Virus record (IMG/VR): IMGVR_UViG_3300037512_000871
Span: 11,996 to 75,995 of that record
Length of the DNA: 64,000 nt
From: a virus
Lineage: Duplodnaviria; Caudoviricetes
Reading direction: 5' to 3' (one strand)
Positions 57,567-64,000 of the stretch are shown piece by piece (the stretch's first letter is position 1; each line of letters starts with the position of its first letter). Both the position numbers and the translations under genes were made by a program. The notes under the pieces were generated by a model. The model ran no database searches and had not been told where the DNA came from. It saw nothing but the letters and a program-made list of their open reading frames with translations.

Positions 57567-58150
57567 TGATAAGCATCCCTCTTACCTTCTGCAAATTCAG
57601 CTATGAAAGTCTGCCTACTGGTCTCGAAGGTAATGTTATGTTTTCTGAGTGGTGCAAGACATGACGTATCGCAGTCTTGATAAATAAATGTAAATGGGTG
57701 GTGCTGGATTGTATTTATGAAGCGTGCAGGTAACGACATTCTCATAGGGCAGTAATCCCAATATGACCTTAGAGAACGACAGGTTGCCTCATATAGTTGG
57801 TCTGATTTGCCCATACTTTCTCTTGTAATCAGCCCACGCAAATCATTTATGTCGTGCATCGTATTTGCCATATAAAATAGCAGGTCGTTTAGGTCCATCA
57901 TCCTAAAGTTGAAAATGAAAATAGGCGGACAGTCCTCAATATCACATGTAAAAATGTCTATTGCGTTAAATTCATTAAGGTCAAAACTTGTTCTGCCATA
58001 ATGCTTGAAGGTAACATAAACCTTATCCGCCTCAACAGCATTACCTTGGTTTTGACATGCCCTTGCGAAACATGGTCCGGCTTTTATGGAGATTGACCTG
58101 AATGGGCCACGAAGCAATGATGCAATCTCAGTGTTATCGTTGATTATCAT
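57563..58150 (-). CDS. hypothetical protein, DxxF/YxxxC paralog family
   Basis: DQLYEATC; RBS AAGGAG. Confidence 0.65.
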   Translation of the reverse strand: MIINDNTEIASLLRGPFRSISIKAGPCFARACQNQGNAVEADKVYVTFKHYGRTSFDLNEFNAIDIFTCDIEDCPPIFIFNFRMMDLNDLLFYMANTMHDINDLRGLITRESMGKSDQLYEATCRSLRSYWDYCPMRMSLPARFINTIQHHPFTFIYQDCDTSCLAPLRKHNITFETSRQTFIAEFAEGKRDAYQ

Positions 58151-58160
58151 TGTTATCTCC

Positions 58161-58826
58161 TTATTCGTTAGTGTATGTGTAGTTGATTATTGTGCTTGCG
58201 TCATCCCTGTTGTACTCTTCGTTGACTTCCATATTTTCAAAGATACGGCTCCATTCAGAGAACGAGTAAGGCGCATCAGAGGTTGTAGCCATAGTTTTCT
58301 CAACTTTATAAGTACATGACCTTGCCACAGTAGACCGACCATTAGTACGGTAGTCTGAATCACATAAGAACTGATACTGATACGAGTGGTCAAACACCAT
58401 CTTCAAAGACCTGCGAACAGCCCTATAGTATGGGTTATCACGTTGAAGCATGCTATACGTTTTCAGCATATAACAACGCAGTTTGAACAGATTATCCCTC
58501 TCATAGTACGTATCGGGATTGCCTTGGTCATTCAATAGTTCTCTGAATTGAACTTCTCTTGTGTATTTAACGAACTCACGAAGAATATCATGGACATAAG
58601 GAAGGTTCTCATATCCCTGATAAATGAAAGGGATAGCCGGAGCTTTATTCTTATCAATCACGACGATGAAAGGATGGAGATATTCAATACCGTACCACCG
58701 CATATTCCATCTCATGCGCGACAGTCTTTTGAATCTTATCCCGAAGTCAGGCATTTTTATCGTTGCCTGAACACGACCATGCTGAAACTTATCTTCAAGT
58801 TCAGGTATTAATGTGTTATCAGTCAT
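58161..58826 (-). CDS. hypothetical protein, DxxF/YxxxC paralog family
   Basis: DNLFKLRC; RBS AAGGAG. Confidence 0.65.
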   Translation of the reverse strand: MTDNTLIPELEDKFQHGRVQATIKMPDFGIRFKRLSRMRWNMRWYGIEYLHPFIVVIDKNKAPAIPFIYQGYENLPYVHDILREFVKYTREVQFRELLNDQGNPDTYYERDNLFKLRCYMLKTYSMLQRDNPYYRAVRRSLKMVFDHSYQYQFLCDSDYRTNGRSTVARSCTYKVEKTMATTSDAPYSFSEWSRIFENMEVNEEYNRDDASTIINYTYTNE

Positions 58827-58836
58827 TGTAAACTCC

Positions 58837-59427
58837 TTAGTATGTTAGACGTGGACCGAGGTTTGATGCGATTGTCGTGGCGATGTTGAGTGATTGTGAA
58901 CCATCTTCGAGGTATCTGATGTTTATGTCCTCGAAATCACCATCATCAACACGTACAGACATTAAAGAACGATATGACATTGGCTCTCCGTTCAGTGTGT
59001 AAAAAGCATTGTCACGAGAGCCAATCCACATTTTATACAGTTTGTCATAAGTGTCCTTGTTGAATACCTCCATCATATTTATCTCTGACCGAAGAAGCCA
59101 ACAGCATATCTGAAACGATACATCTGAAGCCATTGGTTGATAGTCGTTTAGATAATCTTCAACGATACCGTCATAATAAGCCTCTCCGCCGTATCTCAGA
59201 ATGTCAACGAACATACTCTGAAGGCGAAGATTCCAGTTAGCCCATCTGTCAGCAAGTGAAATGAAAGATACAGGTTCGTCAATGTCGAGATGCAACTTAC
59301 ACGCAAATACATTGTAATTTGATAACGACATCCTACCATGATACGTAACCGCCACGTCCATATCTTCAAGACGAATGAATCTGAGTGGCGGAGTGTCTAA
59401 CATGGCTTTTATCATATCAGATTCCAT
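58837..59427 (-). CDS. hypothetical protein, DxxF/YxxxC paralog family
   Basis: DVSFQICC. Confidence 0.65.
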   Translation of the reverse strand: MESDMIKAMLDTPPLRFIRLEDMDVAVTYHGRMSLSNYNVFACKLHLDIDEPVSFISLADRWANWNLRLQSMFVDILRYGGEAYYDGIVEDYLNDYQPMASDVSFQICCWLLRSEINMMEVFNKDTYDKLYKMWIGSRDNAFYTLNGEPMSYRSLMSVRVDDGDFEDINIRYLEDGSQSLNIATTIASNLGPRLTY

Positions 59428-59437
59428 GTTATAACCC

Positions 59438-59938
59438 CTATAAGTTGATTGTTTGGTTGAATGTAAAGAAGGCACGACTTAACGGTGAACGAGAATACAT
59501 TACACTACTATTCTCATACCACCTAATCCTGTCGATGAAACGGTTCCTGCAAACAAATGAAACCATACGATGTCGATAACAAAGATATGCGAAAAAACTA
59601 TCCCTGCTCAACCTATGAGAAAGCCGACGGTCGCTTGCAACATCTCTATTCAGTCCGTTATTTTCGGCATAGAATTTTAGATATTGAAGGATATACCATA
59701 CACTGAGTTCCTGTCTTGGAAACGATGATTCTAATGCACAGGCGCAAGTCTCATTCGTATTTAGGTTCATAAGAGAGAAAAAGTAAATGTAGGTGTTACC
59801 AAAGAAATCATCACCGTAAAATTTGATTCCGATATTCATTTTTGGAATCTGAATTTCGACGTGTGCATAACAATGAAACATCATCTTCTCTCTAAGTTTG
59901 ACAGTAACCCAATCATTCTTGAAAGGTTTACTTGCCAT
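59438..59938 (-). CDS. hypothetical protein, DxxF/YxxxC paralog family
   Basis: DSFFAYLC; RBS AAGGA. Confidence 0.65.
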   Translation of the reverse strand: MASKPFKNDWVTVKLREKMMFHCYAHVEIQIPKMNIGIKFYGDDFFGNTYIYFFSLMNLNTNETCACALESSFPRQELSVWYILQYLKFYAENNGLNRDVASDRRLSHRLSRDSFFAYLCYRHRMVSFVCRNRFIDRIRWYENSSVMYSRSPLSRAFFTFNQTINL

Positions 59939-60149
59939 ATGGGTCCTTTCCGTATTTGAGTTTCATAAGGTTGATGTTGTAGAGTTTCAGCCCATCCAAC
60001 ACAGAGTAGAATGAGCAACCACGAAAGGTTTTATGGTAGAACGGACAGCCATTACACCTGCGGAAGCCCTTTTTATTATGACGGCGACCACAAATGCCTT
60101 CAAAGGCTGTCAGAACATTCACGAGGTCTATTTTATCTTTACCTGTCAT
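59928..60149 (-). CDS. small Cys-rich protein (CxxCPF family)
   Basis: C...CNGCPF...GC. Confidence 0.6.
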   Translation of the reverse strand: MTGKDKIDLVNVLTAFEGICGRRHNKKGFRRCNGCPFYHKTFRGCSFYSVLDGLKLYNINLMKLKYGKDPYGK

Positions 60150-60171
60150 TTGTTTGCCCTTTCATGTTTGG

Positions 60172-60342
60172 TTATTCATCCCAATAGTCGAATTTATGCT
60201 CTTCTTCAGCATCATTGATTGCTTCACGCAGGTCATCGAGTTGCGTACAGTCGCTATCATATTTACCTGCACCATAAATGGCGATACCGATAATCAGTTT
60301 TGCCATTTCTATCAAAAGTGTATCACGAGTTGTCTGCTTCAT
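60172..60342 (-). CDS. small hypothetical protein
   Basis: ATGA coupling, RBS GGAG. Confidence 0.5.
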   Translation of the reverse strand: MKQTTRDTLLIEMAKLIIGIAIYGAGKYDSDCTQLDDLREAINDAEEEHKFDYWDE

Positions 60343-60563
60343 CGTGTTACTCCATTTATTTGGTAGTACATTTTTGCGAGTTTTTCTTCCGATATAGATG
60401 AGGCGCAAGCCCTATCATCTTTATGGACGAGCGGTGCGGATTCAGGGAGGTTTCTAATGCACACTCCGTAGTCGATTGGAATGCACACGTAGGCATCCAT
60501 CAACCTGAAGAATATACAATCCTTACAGTCAACACAACGTAGCCATGCTGGTTCGTCACCCAT
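60339..60563 (-). CDS. small Cys-rich protein
   Basis: CVDCKDC...GVC...AC. Confidence 0.55.
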   Translation of the reverse strand: MGDEPAWLRCVDCKDCIFFRLMDAYVCIPIDYGVCIRNLPESAPLVHKDDRACASSISEEKLAKMYYQINGVTR

Positions 60564-60900
60564 TGTTATCACCATCCTCAAGCTCATTCATAAGGTATCG
60601 TTTGATTGCTTCCTCGATGATACTGATTGGGGCATCAGAGGGGTTTACAATGACTGGTTCGACTTGCTTGTGTTTGTATGAGGCGTGTTTGTTCTGCCCA
60701 TTCAAATCATCGACTGCCCTGCGAATAATAGGACTATCATCCACAAGGTCATCCAGTCGTGCTAAGAAACAACCACTATGAAGATTGAACGGACACTGAC
60801 TGCACATGAGAGTATGACAAGAAACACTGCCTGTCATAAAAATCATGTTAATGTTCTTAGCCACACTTTCAAGATAGGCTACCGATGGGTCTTTAGACAT
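60556..60900 (-). CDS. small Cys-rich protein (CxxCPF family)
   Basis: CHTLMCSQCPFNLHSGCFL. Confidence 0.6.
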   Translation of the reverse strand: MSKDPSVAYLESVAKNINMIFMTGSVSCHTLMCSQCPFNLHSGCFLARLDDLVDDSPIIRRAVDDLNGQNKHASYKHKQVEPVIVNPSDAPISIIEEAIKRYLMNELEDGDNNG

Positions 60901-61168
60901 TTTGTTTCCTTTCTTTTGCGTGTTTGCATTCGCTTCTTAGGGCGATTAATGCGTTATCAAGTTGGGGGGCGAGGCTAATGGCTGCAAGCATTTTTACGAG
61001 AAAGCAACCATCCGAATGAGGGAAGTTTAACGGACACTGAGAACATATCCTATTGTTACACATGCTTTCTGTCATAATTTGCAGTGTATAAACAGTCTTG
61101 ATAATGTTATCCCTGAGCGTTGTACATTCGTCTGTTGTTAGTGACATAAAGGGCATGGCGTACCTCAT
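60893..61168 (-). CDS. small Cys-rich protein (CxxCPF family)
   Basis: CNNRICSQCPLNFPHSDGCFL. Confidence 0.6.
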   Translation of the reverse strand: MRYAMPFMSLTTDECTTLRDNIIKTVYTLQIMTESMCNNRICSQCPLNFPHSDGCFLVKMLAAISLAPQLDNALIALRSECKHAKERKQNV

Positions 61169-61821
61169 AAGAAGTTATCAGGGTTAATGTACTCATCCCT
61201 TGAGTAGATGTAGTCGTCAAGGTGCATATGGAAAGAGTATTCGTGTCCATGTGTGAAGATAACACGACGGATGCCACTACCACTCCCAATCAATGACGCC
61301 TTAGCCAACAAATGTCCATCGAACTCAGAGGGTGGTTCGTAGATGCTGTACTGATGCCCATAAATACAACGGACACATGTATTGCCTACAACATCCACTA
61401 ACATTCTGAACTTTTCCCGAAGAAGCCTGTATGACTGTAGCTTTGCGTACATATTACGACAGGCACACTCGAACATCATATCTTTATCCTCTTGCGATTC
61501 GTTCTGCACCATACAGAAGTCATCTTCAGGGTCCCCATACGTGAGAATCTTGCATAGGGGCCAGATGATATGAGCAAGGTTCAGTGGGATATTGTTGACA
61601 TACATAATAGGAACCACCATATCGAATGGAACGGTTCTCTTGCCGACTTTCTCATAGATAACCACAACCGCGTATCTTACATTGGTAGACGGGCTTTGAA
61701 CTGAACCACGATATGCCAATGTAAGGTCGATTTGTGGAAAACAGAATGCAGAGAAAGGTCTATGCCTCGACATACGCGACAAAGGCGTATCTACAAACTT
61801 ATCATCAAAATCTGGGAGCAT
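61165..61821 (-). CDS. hypothetical protein, DxxF/YxxxC paralog family
   Basis: DMMFECAC; RBS GGAG. Confidence 0.65.
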   Translation of the reverse strand: MLPDFDDKFVDTPLSRMSRHRPFSAFCFPQIDLTLAYRGSVQSPSTNVRYAVVVIYEKVGKRTVPFDMVVPIMYVNNIPLNLAHIIWPLCKILTYGDPEDDFCMVQNESQEDKDMMFECACRNMYAKLQSYRLLREKFRMLVDVVGNTCVRCIYGHQYSIYEPPSEFDGHLLAKASLIGSGSGIRRVIFTHGHEYSFHMHLDDYIYSRDEYINPDNFL

Positions 61822-61834
61822 AAGAAATCTCCAT

Positions 61835-61862
61835 GAGGGGTGAGTTTATGTGCCCACCCCTC
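61835..61862 (-). terminator. hairpin downstream of GATase
   Basis: GAGGGGTG/CACCCCTC inverted repeat. Confidence 0.45.
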
Positions 61863-61872
61863 TTACGTTATG

Positions 61873-62928
61873 TTATTTCTTGGCTGCGGTACTCTCGACA
61901 TTCAGTTTGAAGTTCTTTTTGAACTCATTCCAAAGCGACTGTTTCGTAGCATAACTGTACTCTTCCCAAAGACCCTGATAATGGTCCTCGACGTAGTGCT
62001 TGAAGAGAATCCCTGCATCAGATTCGTAATACGCATCAAGTTCACGTTCAGTAATGTTCTTGGCAAACATCTGACCGCTTTCCTCCATGTCGTAGTACGC
62101 ACCATAGTATGCGTTGTAGATTTCCTCTTTTTGGTCTGCCGAGTAAGATTCCCATTCAGGCTCGTTGGCAATCACGTAAGCCATGAAATCTTCGTCACCC
62201 TCTGTGTATTCATCGATGAACTTTTCTTCATCGACACCGTAGTGAGTGCGATTCTTATACAATGCGTCAGACCAATCTCTCCGATAGTCCTCATAAGAAT
62301 CGTAGCCGTACTCTTTCCACCATTCATTTGTGGACACGACACCTTTTCCCCAATAACCGCAACTGTAAATGGAGTATGAGTAGGTCTTGTTTGAGTAGTA
62401 GACGCCCTTATCCTTAATCCAGTCACCCATAAGGTAGACTTTGACGCCGTTCATCAGGGCAATCTTATTGGTTCCAATGAGTTCGCCAATCAGGTTCTCG
62501 ACTTTATCCGATGTAAGACCCGATTCAGCAATCCTCAATGCCATTTCAGCGGTATCGGAAATGCTATTCTTACGAGGCGTGATAGGCAACACACCATTGT
62601 GAATCATGCAACGAGGACATACCGTATAGGTCTTGCCGAGTTGCTTGACATTGTTCGTGATGGGGAACGGATGGGTGTTCTCTTTATTGACACCCCCATG
62701 CGTGTGAATCCTGAAATGAATCAACACGTCATATCCGTTCAGTTTCTTGAGTTGGGAATCATAGACCTTTTCAAAGTCCTTCCAGTCCATGATACCTTTG
62801 TGGATGTGGCACTGACCATCCTTTCGGACAGCATAACCGGCTCCGTCAGGATTCGATTCCCAACAATTCTCGAAAATGCTCAATTCAGGCATTTTCACTC
62901 CTTCGGGCTTGTAAATTGCGATGCACAT
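61873..62928 (-). CDS. class II (Ntn) glutamine amidotransferase with acidic Tyr-rich tail
   Basis: N-terminal MC, NPDGAG, HFRIHTHG, NTHPF, HNG, SDT. Confidence 0.88.
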   Translation of the reverse strand: MCIAIYKPEGVKMPELSIFENCWESNPDGAGYAVRKDGQCHIHKGIMDWKDFEKVYDSQLKKLNGYDVLIHFRIHTHGGVNKENTHPFPITNNVKQLGKTYTVCPRCMIHNGVLPITPRKNSISDTAEMALRIAESGLTSDKVENLIGELIGTNKIALMNGVKVYLMGDWIKDKGVYYSNKTYSYSIYSCGYWGKGVVSTNEWWKEYGYDSYEDYRRDWSDALYKNRTHYGVDEEKFIDEYTEGDEDFMAYVIANEPEWESYSADQKEEIYNAYYGAYYDMEESGQMFAKNITERELDAYYESDAGILFKHYVEDHYQGLWEEYSYATKQSLWNEFKKNFKLNVESTAAKK

Positions 62929-62931
62929 AAC

Positions 62932-63999
62932 TTATACACCTTTCCTTTCGATAAGAGCGTTAGCCTTATCATAGTTGTGTTCTTTGATGAACGTCTTGAA
63001 CGAAGCAAATGCAGTTCTCGGCGTTTCAATGATGAGTTGGTCGAGGCACTCCGTATGCATGTGGTGAACCCAACGAACAAGAGCGTCAATGAGTTCCAAA
63101 TCTTCATACAGAGTATTGATGTTCGTTGTGCTTGCGAACATTCTGAACTCGATTGTGTACTGGCTCGAATGATAATTGACGGCACTGTATCTGTCCATGT
63201 CGTCAATGTTGTTCGAGAAACTGCTGAATGAGCCGTAACTGTAATACTCGGCATAATCATTTCCTTCACGCCGAGCAAGCTGTTCAAACCGACTCTTATT
63301 CTCATTCACGAACCAACCTACCATGTACCATTCGAGGCTATCCATGAACTGTTTGGAGGCGTGGATATGAAGTCCGCACTTGTAATGAGCATGAAGACCC
63401 CAATCACGAAGAAGGGCGAGAATATTGTTCCATTTCTTGAAGTCAGTACGATACTCTTCAAGCGTATGCGGAGTGCTGATGAGTTCAAAACCATAGTCAG
63501 GAATCGAACCGTCATGCTCAAGATAGAACATATCCTTGCTGCTGTCGTAGTTTTCGTCATCCTCGTCAGTGGCATTACGAAGAGGCTTCAATGCTTCGAC
63601 ACAGGAAAGCATATCATCTTCGCCAGTGTCGCCAGTTTCCAACTCAAAGCCGAACCGAAGTTTACCATCATCGGGAACTTGGTAGTCGTGGGAATGATAA
63701 CCACCGATTCCACCACGATGCCGTCTGATTTCATTGATGCACGAGTGACAGCACATCTGACCACGGTATCGAGTGAGGTTATCCATAGTGAAGTCGTTGC
63801 CGCAGTGTTCGCATTGTGCGCCGATGTTCTCGTAGCACTGATCGCATACGTGCCTATCACCACGGTTCATGGTATGGCGGTTGGTTGCCCTGTACCACTC
63901 GTGACATTCATCGCACTGGAAGTAGAGGATTGAATGGCACTGTTCGCAGAAAGCACCATCGTCATTGACGTAAGATGCTTGCCGTCCACAAATGATGCA
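62932..63999 (-). CDS. amidoligase (COOH-NH2 ligase) with N-terminal CxxC repeats, 5'-truncated by window
   Basis: FGFELE, HDGS, FELISTP, CGLHIH, RYSAVN, TIEFRMF; frame open to the window end. Confidence 0.85.
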   Translation of the reverse strand, partial: CIICGRQASYVNDDGAFCEQCHSILYFQCDECHEWYRATNRHTMNRGDRHVCDQCYENIGAQCEHCGNDFTMDNLTRYRGQMCCHSCINEIRRHRGGIGGYHSHDYQVPDDGKLRFGFELETGDTGEDDMLSCVEALKPLRNATDEDDENYDSSKDMFYLEHDGSIPDYGFELISTPHTLEEYRTDFKKWNNILALLRDWGLHAHYKCGLHIHASKQFMDSLEWYMVGWFVNENKSRFEQLARREGNDYAEYYSYGSFSSFSNNIDDMDRYSAVNYHSSQYTIEFRMFASTTNINTLYEDLELIDALVRWVHHMHTECLDQLIIETPRTAFASFKTFIKEHNYDKANALIERKGV

Positions 64000-64000
64000 G

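Noticed and set aside
1-64000. Alternative genetic code / stop reassignment
   Set aside because: Genes are full length and tightly packed under code 11; TAA, TGA and TAG all end genes; no suppressor tRNA
1-64000. CRISPR array, diversity-generating retroelement, retron, invertible cassette, integrase
   Set aside because: No repeat-spacer array, reverse transcriptase or recombinase motifs seen by eye

Overview
The window is about 64 kb of a tailed dsDNA phage genome, siphovirus-like, with no integrase or repressor seen and a probably Gram-negative host. Positions 1-23.2 kb (+ strand) hold the morphogenesis operon: portal (partial), scaffold, major capsid, head-tail joining genes, tail tube, G/GT chaperones with a -1 frameshift, a 1461-aa tape measure, tail-tip proteins, a 1387-aa beta-helical fibre and small lysis-like genes. 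Positions 23.2-54.9 kb (- strand) hold replication and recombination genes: split SbcC plus SbcD, RusA, 5'-3' exonuclease, SSB, ligase, clamp loader, split UDG-exonuclease/PolA, sliding clamp, DnaB/DnaC-like proteins, primase and an SNF2 helicase. The same block also carries a Dam-like MTase, a ThyX-like gene, five tRNAs and many small ORFs. A + strand island at 55.1-56.6 kb encodes a terminase small subunit coupled to a GT8 glycosyltransferase. An AT-rich spacer follows, then a - strand accessory block ending in a class II glutamine amidotransferase and an amidoligase. The leading candidate novel system is phage protein (virion) glycosylation: five glycosyltransferases, including a TibC/Aah-type heptosyltransferase, together with Ser-rich C-termini on capsid (GSGSGSGS) and tail tube (SGSY) and a Ser/Thr-rich beta-helix fibre. 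Other notable items are a five-member divergent paralog family with a D-x2-[FY]-x3-C motif, a short-arm tRNA-Leu(UAA) with a compensated C19-G56 elbow, two structured ncRNA candidates, eight TATATT promoters and strong apparent GATC avoidance. All assignments come from motif recognition by eye; no database search was run.
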